Part shown: piece by piece, positions 17,460 to 24,888 of the stretch | Position numbering within the stretch: the stretch's first letter is position 1 | Layout of the letters: each line of letters starts with the position of its first letter | Notes under the pieces: model-generated | Database searches by the model: none | Told to the model about the DNA's origin: nothing | The model's input: the letters and a program-made list of their open reading frames with translations, nothing else | IMG/VR virus record: IMGVR_UViG_3300045988_040260 | Location: 1 to 55,119 of that record | Length of the DNA stretch: 55,119 nt | Origin: a virus | Strand: one strand, 5' to 3' | Position numbers and translations under genes: made by a program

Positions 17460-17503
17460 GCATTATTTTAAAGTTTTCCATAATAATTTATGAGGGATTT
17501 TTT

Positions 17504-17854
17504 ATGTACGAATACTATCAGAAATTACTAGACGAAAAAGGCTTGAAAAATGCCGATGTTTCAAGAGCTACAGGCATTTCAAACATGACTCTATCTGATT
17601 GGAAAAGAGGAAAGAGTGAGCCGAAAACTAAAAATATGCAGAAAATTGCTGATTTTTTGGGAACTACCTTGTCGTATCTAGTTACAGGTGAAGAAAGTAA
17701 TCCTATATTTGAACAAGCAAATATAGATTATGAACTTTCAAATATAGACAGCAAGCTCAAAGATTACGTATTTAAGTTATCTAAATTGTCGGATAAAGAG
17801 CAAGAAAATATTATGAATTTAATAGATATGATGTATGAAAAATACTCAAAATAA
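17504..17854 (+). CDS. CI-like XRE-family repressor
   Basis: 116 aa from the ATG at 17504. HTH: EKGLKNADVSRATGISNMTLSDWKRGKSEP. Divergent from the cro-like gene. Confidence 0.8.
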   Translation: MYEYYQKLLDEKGLKNADVSRATGISNMTLSDWKRGKSEPKTKNMQKIADFLGTTLSYLVTGEESNPIFEQANIDYELSNIDSKLKDYVFKLSKLSDKEQENIMNLIDMMYEKYSK

Positions 17855-17885
17855 ATTAAATTAATAAGAAAGGTGGTATTTTATT

Positions 17886-18113
17886 ATGAGTAAAACTGTT
17901 AAATGTCCTAAATGGGGTTGTGATGGCGTTGGCATACCTGTTGATACCAAGAAAAAATTTTCATTCGGCAAAGCACTTGTTGGTAACACAGTAGGTGGTC
18001 TCTTCGGACCTGTCGGTGCCGTTGTTGGTACTGCTACCGGAATTAAAGGCAAGAGCGGCAAAACAAAATTTGTGTGTTCAAAGTGCGGTAACGTTTGGGA
18101 AAAGAAAATATAA
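17886..18113 (+). CDS. Split zinc-ribbon protein with glycine-zipper core, co-transcribed with repressor
   Basis: CPKWGC ... CSKCG flank GNTVGGLFGPVGAVVGTATG. Has an RBS and is followed by a terminator. Confidence 0.6.
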   Translation: MSKTVKCPKWGCDGVGIPVDTKKKFSFGKALVGNTVGGLFGPVGAVVGTATGIKGKSGKTKFVCSKCGNVWEKKI

Positions 18114-18118
18114 CCACA

Positions 18119-18148
18119 AGGCAGAGTTTTTACTCTGCCTCTATTTTT
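18119..18148 (+). terminator. Rho-independent terminator of the lysogeny operon
   Basis: aggcagag / ctctgcct stem followed by ctattttt. Confidence 0.7.
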
Positions 18149-18396
18149 CCTTTAATAAATATGTACAAGTACAGTAACAGGTCTTTATCTTCCACATTCT
18201 CAATCATTTTAATTATTTCATCCTTATATTCCATACAATGCCACCTCCGATACATCAATTATAGAACATTTGTTCTTAAACGTCAATAAGGACGGCAGAA
18301 AAATCCACCGCCCTACCGAAACTTGAAGAGTTCTCTTGTTTGAGAACATCATTACTGTAGCACTTTAAAGTGTTTTATTTTGTCGAAACATGCCGA

Positions 18397-18534
18397 CTAT
18401 ACAGCTTTTTGTGAAGTAATGTACTCATATTCCTCTTGCGATATTTTACCGCTTGCTACCCTGTCGAGTAGCTCCTCTTTTGTGACTCTGCCACTCTCAT
18501 ATAGCCTTTTAAGGCTCTCAACTAATATTCTCAT
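18397..18534 (-). CDS. XkdX-family small phage protein (45 aa)
   Basis: MRILVESLKRLYESGRVTKEELLDRVASGKISQEEYEYITSQKAV fits the XkdX pattern (..LYE.G.vT.e.l...V..GkIt.eEY..IT). Below the track cutoff. Confidence 0.65.
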   Translation of the reverse strand: MRILVESLKRLYESGRVTKEELLDRVASGKISQEEYEYITSQKAV

Positions 18535-18536
18535 AT

Positions 18537-18842
18537 TTAAAGTACCCCCTCGTCCATTAACTGCCTTGTATAGTTGTCTATCGCTTCCTCGTCAGAGTGC
18601 TCGTTAATCTCTTTTGCCTGTTCCATAGCAATAAGATACTGCGAGTATTCTTCCTGTGTCAGCTCGCGCTCCTCGTACTCCCAGTGCTTAGGCTTGTAAG
18701 TAAAATCATCCTCACTCCCTGTTGCTTCAACCGATTTAATGCTTTTTCGTTGATAAACGATATTCGGAGAAGATGTTGTGTCAATGTCAAGCGGTTTGTC
18801 CGGTTGCATACTTTCTACGAGTTTGTATTCTGTCATATTCAA
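18537..18842 (-). CDS. Hypothetical acidic protein (XkdW-position)
   Basis: 101-aa ORF. The 5' end overlaps the RT 3' end by 56 nt and it lies immediately upstream of the XkdX-like gene. Confidence 0.55.
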   Translation of the reverse strand: MNMTEYKLVESMQPDKPLDIDTTSSPNIVYQRKSIKSVEATGSEDDFTYKPKHWEYEERELTQEEYSQYLIAMEQAKEINEHSDEEAIDNYTRQLMDEGVL

Positions 18843-19932
18843 TACACCTTGCCTTTCTGTCTACTGTTGAAATTTTGTGTTTCATTTTGCCAAAATCTAT
18901 AAATGGTTTGATATGCTCCCTATAATAATCGTACATATCACAATTTTTAATCCACGCAAGAGCGGAAACCATTTGTTTTGCGTCATATATTGTAACCTTT
19001 GATTTTTGCCATATTCTGACCGCTTTTGTTCTTATTTTCTTAAGGATTGTTTTTCTTAAGGTGGTTCTGCTTCTGTAAAATTTATATCCCATAAAATCAA
19101 GTGGTCTGCCATATGTTGCTGGCTTTCCATTCTTGCCGACATATGGATTTCGGGGCAAATAGTGAAAACGAAATATCTGCCAGTTTGCCTTGACTGTCAA
19201 GCCTAATTCTGCAAGGCTGTTATCAATCACGGCTTTTACCTGGTGCAATTTCTTTTTGCTTGCACAAAATATAGCCATATCGTCAACATAACGTGCATAT
19301 TTCAGCTCAATGCCAAGCGATTTAATTTCATGGTCAAGCTCGCCTAAATACCAGTTAGCAAGCCATACAGATGTATAAAAACCAAGCGGTAAGCCGTTCG
19401 GCACACAATGTATGACATTTTCAACAATCTGCATAAATTTAAAATCTTTGATTTTGGATTTAAGCTTTTCGATTAATTTATCCTGTGGAATACTAGCGTA
19501 AAATTGCTTCACATCAAGCTTATAACAGTATTTAATGGCCTTACCGCCTTGCCTTATCCACTTGCATATACATTTCTTGCCATATGCACCGCCACGCTTA
19601 GGAACCGAGCCGTAACTGTGTTCATACATTCCTTTGTTAAACATGGGTTTAAGTACATTAACTATCATGTGATGTACTATTGACTCCATAACTGTTGGTA
19701 TTACTATCTTGCGTTTCTTTCGTGATATTCCGTCATATATTTCTTTGGGCTTATGTTCAAAAGGTGTGAAGTTAATCGCATATTCTCTAATTTTAGGTAT
19801 GTATGTATCAAGGTCTGCTAAAATTTTCCTAACCTTATTTCTTCTCTTTTTACCCTTAGAGAAGTTTTGAATTGCAAGTTTTATATTTTCGTCTGAAATA
19901 AATTCAGCATATAGATTTCTGTATGTTTTCAT
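18787..19932 (-). CDS. Reverse transcriptase (DGR-type)
   Basis: 381 aa from the ATG at 19932. RT motifs ..NGLPLGFYTSVWLANWYL.. and ARYVDDMAIF (YxDD). Lies 134 nt downstream of the template repeat. Confidence 0.88.
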   Translation of the reverse strand: MKTYRNLYAEFISDENIKLAIQNFSKGKKRRNKVRKILADLDTYIPKIREYAINFTPFEHKPKEIYDGISRKKRKIVIPTVMESIVHHMIVNVLKPMFNKGMYEHSYGSVPKRGGAYGKKCICKWIRQGGKAIKYCYKLDVKQFYASIPQDKLIEKLKSKIKDFKFMQIVENVIHCVPNGLPLGFYTSVWLANWYLGELDHEIKSLGIELKYARYVDDMAIFCASKKKLHQVKAVIDNSLAELGLTVKANWQIFRFHYLPRNPYVGKNGKPATYGRPLDFMGYKFYRSRTTLRKTILKKIRTKAVRIWQKSKVTIYDAKQMVSALAWIKNCDMYDYYREHIKPFIDFGKMKHKISTVDRKARCIEYDRIQTRRKYATGQTA

Positions 19933-20065
19933 ACGTATTCTCTTCCTATCCTCTCTACCACGTTCGACCATTTCCTACTACTAGCAGTAGCTTGCATCGA
20001 GTTAATTTTTACCAAGGGGTACGGAATTTAGTCTGCATTCATTTTATCCCATGAATGATAGGTAC

Positions 20066-20173
20066 AGAAGCCCCGATGTTCCACCTCGCGTTACCAGCCT
20101 CGTTGTTCAAGTTCACGTAGAACGCGCCACAATGACGGCCGTTGTTCAGGTGGCCACCGAAAAGAGCAAAGGC
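20066..20173 (-). repeat. DGR template repeat (TR)
   Basis: Non-coding 108-nt copy of 20307-20414. On the minus strand it carries A at 12 of the 13 mismatch positions. In the VR frame it reads 7 AAC codons. Confidence 0.88.
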
Positions 20174-20232
20174 GCAAACTAAATCCCTTATATAAAATTA
20201 ACTACACACGTTTATAGTTACAAATTTTCTTA

Positions 20233-20268
20233 GGAGAAACGCGGTTTCTCCCTTTCTGCTTAGGCAGA
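20233..20268 (-). promoter_or_regulatory. Two hairpins just 3' of the VR (candidate DGR target-recognition structures)
   Basis: ggagaaac-gcg-gtttctcc (20233-20251) and tctgc-ttag-gcaga (20255-20268). Confidence 0.45.
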
Positions 20269-20291
20269 AATTCCCTCTTCCCTGTTGCAAG

Positions 20292-21560
20292 TTATTTGTA
20301 GGAAAGAGAAGCCCCGAAGTCCCACCTCGCGTAACCAGCCCCGCTGTACAAGCTCACGCCGAACGCGCCACAAGGACGGCCGCGGTTCAGGGGGCCACCG
20401 AAAAGAGCAAAGGCTATAATTGCAATATTAAACCAACAACCATCAGGATAATAGGTCGATGATGAGCCTGTAATTGATGTTGGAAACATGCCTAATGCCG
20501 TGTATAACATATCTTTGATATATCCGCCACTTGTACCACTAGGAGTTGAATTAGGTATCTCGATATACCCTGTTCCATCAGTGTTATAGTTGGTTGCTTT
20601 GCTCCCATCCTTTGTTGACGGAGATAGCTTGACTTTTGCTATACCATTAGCTAGGATAAGTCCGGCTGTTCGTCTCCACTGATTGCCGTAGTAATTCTCC
20701 ATTCCAAATATTTTAACTCCGGCTTTTCCAGTATTTTCGCCCCAAAATAAGCCTTTGCCATTCATTGTGCCGGTCTTAAGCAATAAGTTTTCATCACTGA
20801 CATTTTCGCTCATACCTCGCCCGAATACATCTTGTGTATCGGTAGATTTTCCCATGATGATAAGCAAAATATTAATCAAGAGTCTGTCGACATACTGCTC
20901 AATTTCATAGCCTGTACCATTAGCTCTTGCATATGTCATTTCTTGGCTGGCTGTTTTCGATTTAATAACTGTTTGTCCGCTTATTGAACGCAGCTTATTG
21001 TTGCCGTCAAGTGAGCCATTATAAATTGGTGTATAAAAATGAGATTTTTCATTGCCGTTAATATCAATAAAATTCAGATTTTTAAAATCTTTATCAGCTT
21101 GGTAGTTGGCAACATAAAGGCTTGCACTGTTTGGATTGCCCTTGTCGGGTGCAATTTTCCACCATATAATGTCTGTGCCATTGCCCCATTCCATCATAGC
21201 ATTTCCATCGTAATCAACGTTTGCTATATCTGACGCACTGCCATCTATTTTTTTAGTCAAGTCGTTTTCATTGAGGTAATAGTCAACCTGTCCATTTGTT
21301 TTAAGCATACATGGTCTTGGCATGAAAAAGACATTTGCCCATGAGCCATAATCAAAAGTTCCACTCGTGAAATTCATGGCCGCTGGAGTCATGCCTACTG
21401 CGTCTGCTAAATATCTGACTCTTGTTTTCGGGTTACTATCCGCCCCATTAATGTGAACACCATAAATAACTCTTCCCTCACTTAATTTTGTACCAAGGGC
21501 TTTAATACTCTCAACAATTGCTTGCCCTGTTGTATCTGATATAATGTCTATTCCGCTCAT
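20292..21560 (-). CDS. DGR target protein: tail fibre/receptor-binding-like protein with variable C-terminus
   Basis: 422-aa ORF at the end of the tail module. The last ~40 codons contain the VR (..FGGPLNRGRPCGAFGVSLYSGAGYARWDFGASLSYK). Confidence 0.85.
   Translation of the reverse strand: MSGIDIISDTTGQAIVESIKALGTKLSEGRVIYGVHINGADSNPKTRVRYLADAVGMTPAAMNFTSGTFDYGSWANVFFMPRPCMLKTNGQVDYYLNENDLTKKIDGSASDIANVDYDGNAMMEWGNGTDIIWWKIAPDKGNPNSASLYVANYQADKDFKNLNFIDINGNEKSHFYTPIYNGSLDGNNKLRSISGQTVIKSKTASQEMTYARANGTGYEIEQYVDRLLINILLIIMGKSTDTQDVFGRGMSENVSDENLLLKTGTMNGKGLFWGENTGKAGVKIFGMENYYGNQWRRTAGLILANGIAKVKLSPSTKDGSKATNYNTDGTGYIEIPNSTPSGTSGGYIKDMLYTALGMFPTSITGSSSTYYPDGCWFNIAIIAFALFGGPLNRGRPCGAFGVSLYSGAGYARWDFGASLSYK
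20307..20414 (-). repeat. DGR variable repeat (VR)
   Basis: 95 of 108 nt identical to the TR. All but one difference lie at TR adenines. Confidence 0.88.
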
Positions 21561-21562
21561 AT

Positions 21563-22078
21563 TTAATCCTCCTTACTTACATTAAGCAATCCAGCGCTTG
21601 TCACGGAAAAAGTAATGCCTCTTCCGTTTGCTTTCTGCTCGACAAGTCCGGCTTGCTGTTCTGCTCTTTGTGCGGCTTCATTCGCGGCCTTTGTAGCTGC
21701 GTTTGCTTGACTTACCGCCGTATCAATCTTTCCTGAAATCTGTGTGACCTCGTTTGCTTTTTGCGAAGCAGTCTGCGCAGATTTTTGAGCCTGTGAAGCA
21801 GAGTCGCTTGCCGAGGCAGCTTTTTCTGTCGCAGTCTGCGCTGATTTTTGAGCCTGTGATACGGATTGAGCCATGCCGTCAAGGTAACTCTGAATAAGTC
21901 TTTGAATTTCAACGTCAAAATCCTCAACAGTTCCCATTCGCTTAACTATTCCGGGTGCGAAACACATCCATATCTGCTGTTTTTTCGTGTCGGAGTCGGT
22001 CGATACCGCCCATTCTCCGGCTTTCATTTTTGAGGGGTCAAACTGTGCGTATGCCCCTCGTCTCATTTGAATAGCCAT
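21563..22078 (-). CDS. Tail fibre-associated protein with Mtd-N/hyaluronidase-like N-terminus and internal 21-aa repeat
   Basis: MAIQMRRGAYAQFDPSKMKAGEWAVSTDSD.. The motif SQAQKSAQTA is repeated through a 63-nt DNA period (21768 / 21831). Confidence 0.6.
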   Translation of the reverse strand: MAIQMRRGAYAQFDPSKMKAGEWAVSTDSDTKKQQIWMCFAPGIVKRMGTVEDFDVEIQRLIQSYLDGMAQSVSQAQKSAQTATEKAASASDSASQAQKSAQTASQKANEVTQISGKIDTAVSQANAATKAANEAAQRAEQQAGLVEQKANGRGITFSVTSAGLLNVSKED

Positions 22079-22081
22079 AAG

Positions 22082-24475
22082 TTACACCTCGCTTTCATCA
22101 ATGCCTAATTTCTGACACAATTTTGAAAACTTATCTTCCAATTCATCTATGTGTTTTTGCATTTTATCAATCTTCTGCTCATCTCCGGCAAGTCTTAAGA
22201 TTAAGAATTGCTCATAATTCATGCCGTAGTACAGTGTATCATCATCCGATGTTGCTTTGTTTTGGAAAATCATATTAAGGTTTTCATCGGCATGTCCTTT
22301 ATCTTTAAGGCTTTCGATTACATCCTGTGCCATTGCTCCAAAATATAACGGCTTGTCTGAATATCCTTGTCTGTTAAGATTGTATTGGAATAAATCAACC
22401 GAGCCTACTGCGTCAATATAATCTTGATTAATTGCTTTAATATTCTTTTTTAAGCGTTTATCTGACGAACTCCATACCCAAGTAACATCAACTTGGAAAC
22501 TTAAGGCACTACCATCCCAGTTGCAGTGATATGTATGTCCTGTTGCATTGCCACACATAGCATACCCTCTATCAGTCTCTCTGAATTTATCAGATTGTAC
22601 TTCTTGAGCACTCATTGTCTGTTGCGCACTTATTGTCTGTGCGCTCATTATCTGCGCGCCTATAGCGCCTACGGCTCCGTAGAGTGTAATCATGTTCTCG
22701 CCATTTTTGTTAATTCGCAAGACTGCGCCATTCATCCAAAGTTCATAATTGTTTCCTGAATTGTCAGTAGCTTTTAAATCAATCTTTGAATTACTTAAAT
22801 TTCCGTTCAGTGAAATACTTACCGCATCATCAAGTGTAATACCTTTGTTATCCAGCGTTACAAGTGTCTTTCCGTTTGCGTCTTTGACATACTGCTTGCC
22901 GTTTACGTTATTCTCACCACCTAAAGTGAGCGTACCACCATGTGCCCAATCAAAATTAATGCCGATAACCGACATAATATTGAAAATAGCATTTCCATCT
23001 TTATCAATTCCGGCTTTCCATGTCTTGCCGTAATCATTTGATACAGCCATGCCATTAGCTGTCATTTTCCACTGTATGTTACTCGAATTAAGGTCGGCTT
23101 TATTATGCATAATGTAAATAATTGAGCCATCCTCTTGCACCTGTTCAGTCTTAAAAAGTCCGAGCGATTGAGACATTAGCTGTGTCAGCAATTGCATTTG
23201 CTTGTCATATACACTTAGTTGTGCCTGTGCAACTTTCCTAGCTTGTACGACAGCCTTTGTCTCATTACTGAATTTATCAGCGCTATTTCTTGAAGCATTT
23301 TCAGCGTCACATGAAATTTTTGTACCGCTTCCAACTGTAAATGTTCGGTTAGAAATAAAGCAGCTATAGGTATTCTGCTTGCGGTCTGTCACAAGTGCCG
23401 CGTCTCCGCTCTCAATCAGTGGATTTGATAAAAGCGTAGCTTGAAGCGGTCTGAACCTCATGCCACCGATTTTCTTGAAGATATAATTTGCAACTTCCTG
23501 TGCTTTGTCTGCCGAAATAAACGGATTATCAGAAATTGAGATTACATATCCCTCTTTTCCGGCAAGAGCGTTAACATCTTTTGTCTTATCCTCTTTCGAT
23601 GTCACAATAACTTTAACACCTGTAATAACAACATCATCGGTCGCAACATTCAAGTCTTTTTGTGTGTAAACATTGTGGTAATTTCTCGCTTCTGTAAATG
23701 TTCCACCATCAACACTATCTCCGTCAGAATAATTAAATGTTCCACCATCAACACTATCTCCGTCAGAGTATGGTGTAGTTTTTGTGCTAAAAGTTCCACC
23801 ATCGTAGCTCTGACTGTCAAACTGACTCATATCGTACCAACTGATAAGCAATTCACCATCGTGACCGCACTTACCCCATAATCCGCTTAACTGCAGGATA
23901 TAGGCTATCACCTGTCCATATGTGAGTTTTTGATTATCACTTGGTATCTCGTTAATCACGTAATCAGAGTTATCAAATCTCGCCATAGTAAAAGGTACAT
24001 CACACTTAATACAAGCGTCTCTGACTACCTCATACGCTGTCGTGGGGTAGCTTAAATTGCTATCATACTCACGATTGAAATTATTAATATTGTCAAGGCA
24101 AGTAAGCGTTATGAGCGAGCCGTCATAGCTTGTCTCGCTGACTCTATACTCACCAATTTTTAATTTTTCGGTTGTGCCGTCGGAAAAACTTTTTGAAACA
24201 TATGCTGTTACGCTTGCCTTGTCAAAATCGTACTTGCTGTAATCTTCATAAATGTTATTCAGCTTAATTTTCAGTTTTCCGGCAATCAAAGCCCCGATTG
24301 TGAAAGTACCATTGCTTGATGTTGAATCATTAACCTCGAAGCCATTTGCCCACAGCTCACCATCACTAATAGGGATTTTTTCACCGCTTGCCGTAACTAT
24401 GTCAGCAAAGCAATTTACGTTTATATCATTGTCGAGCATTACTGCTCTTTGCCATTTAGCCGATACTTTAAGCAT
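22082..24475 (-). CDS. Tail-tip/tail-spike protein with C-terminal S74-type intramolecular chaperone domain
   Basis: 797 aa. The C-terminus ..SSSDKRLKKNIKAI..LYFGAMAQDVIESL is typical of autoproteolytic chaperone domains. Has an internal 13-aa tandem YSDGDSVDGGTF. Confidence 0.7.
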   Translation of the reverse strand: MLKVSAKWQRAVMLDNDINVNCFADIVTASGEKIPISDGELWANGFEVNDSTSSNGTFTIGALIAGKLKIKLNNIYEDYSKYDFDKASVTAYVSKSFSDGTTEKLKIGEYRVSETSYDGSLITLTCLDNINNFNREYDSNLSYPTTAYEVVRDACIKCDVPFTMARFDNSDYVINEIPSDNQKLTYGQVIAYILQLSGLWGKCGHDGELLISWYDMSQFDSQSYDGGTFSTKTTPYSDGDSVDGGTFNYSDGDSVDGGTFTEARNYHNVYTQKDLNVATDDVVITGVKVIVTSKEDKTKDVNALAGKEGYVISISDNPFISADKAQEVANYIFKKIGGMRFRPLQATLLSNPLIESGDAALVTDRKQNTYSCFISNRTFTVGSGTKISCDAENASRNSADKFSNETKAVVQARKVAQAQLSVYDKQMQLLTQLMSQSLGLFKTEQVQEDGSIIYIMHNKADLNSSNIQWKMTANGMAVSNDYGKTWKAGIDKDGNAIFNIMSVIGINFDWAHGGTLTLGGENNVNGKQYVKDANGKTLVTLDNKGITLDDAVSISLNGNLSNSKIDLKATDNSGNNYELWMNGAVLRINKNGENMITLYGAVGAIGAQIMSAQTISAQQTMSAQEVQSDKFRETDRGYAMCGNATGHTYHCNWDGSALSFQVDVTWVWSSSDKRLKKNIKAINQDYIDAVGSVDLFQYNLNRQGYSDKPLYFGAMAQDVIESLKDKGHADENLNMIFQNKATSDDDTLYYGMNYEQFLILRLAGDEQKIDKMQKHIDELEDKFSKLCQKLGIDESEV

Positions 24476-24487
24476 TAAATCACCGCC

Positions 24488-24844
24488 TTATACTTCTATG
24501 AGGTCAAAGCTCAATGTCTCATACCTCTTATTGTTGATAGTCCATATCTTGATAGGTGCGCTTCTATCACCCACATAGAATGTACGTGTTTCATCAGTGC
24601 CACTCATAGCGTCAGGATATGTCACTCTGATATATTCAGGGTTCACCATTTGAAGTATCTTTGCCGTCCTAGCCTTGTCTGTACCATTCCACGACAATTT
24701 GAGCTGTCGCTTTTGGGCTATTCTATTCTTGTGCATTTTAGCGTCCTGTGTACGTCCGCTATCGCTTGCAGACACATCAATCATGCCCCATTCAAAGCTT
24801 GACGGAGTAGGTAATGCCACTCCGTCTACTAACATCATTGCCAT
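24488..24844 (-). CDS. Distal tail protein candidate (small)
   Basis: 118 aa from the ATG at 24844, with GAGGT 7 nt upstream. Lies immediately after the tape measure gene. Confidence 0.55.
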   Translation of the reverse strand: MAMMLVDGVALPTPSSFEWGMIDVSASDSGRTQDAKMHKNRIAQKRQLKLSWNGTDKARTAKILQMVNPEYIRVTYPDAMSGTDETRTFYVGDRSAPIKIWTINNKRYETLSFDLIEV

Positions 24845-24855
24845 ATTGTTACCTC

Positions 24856-24888
24856 GTAAAAAGACACCCACGCAAGGGCGAGTGTCTT
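24856..24888 (-). terminator. Hairpin plus T-run overlapping the tape-measure stop codon
   Basis: Minus strand reads AAGACAC-N15-GTGTCTT-TTTT. Confidence 0.45.

Larger units (their letters stand above)
18787..21560 (-). mobile_element. Diversity-generating retroelement cassette (target gene with VR, then TR, then RT)
   Basis: See the component features. The TR/VR pair has an adenine-specific mismatch pattern and sits next to an RT gene. Confidence 0.88.

Noticed and set aside
18787-19971. RT as a group II intron maturase or a retron RT.
   Set aside because: No intron domain V/VI-like RNA structure or IEP maturase/endonuclease extension was seen. No msr/msd-like inverted repeats flank it. 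The adjacent adenine-specific TR/VR pair explains it as a DGR RT.
21712-21927. 71-aa nested minus-strand ORF inside 21563..22078.
   Set aside because: It is an alternative frame of the repeat-containing gene. The Arg/Leu-rich product is typical of an off-frame reading of Ala/Gln/Ser-rich sequence.
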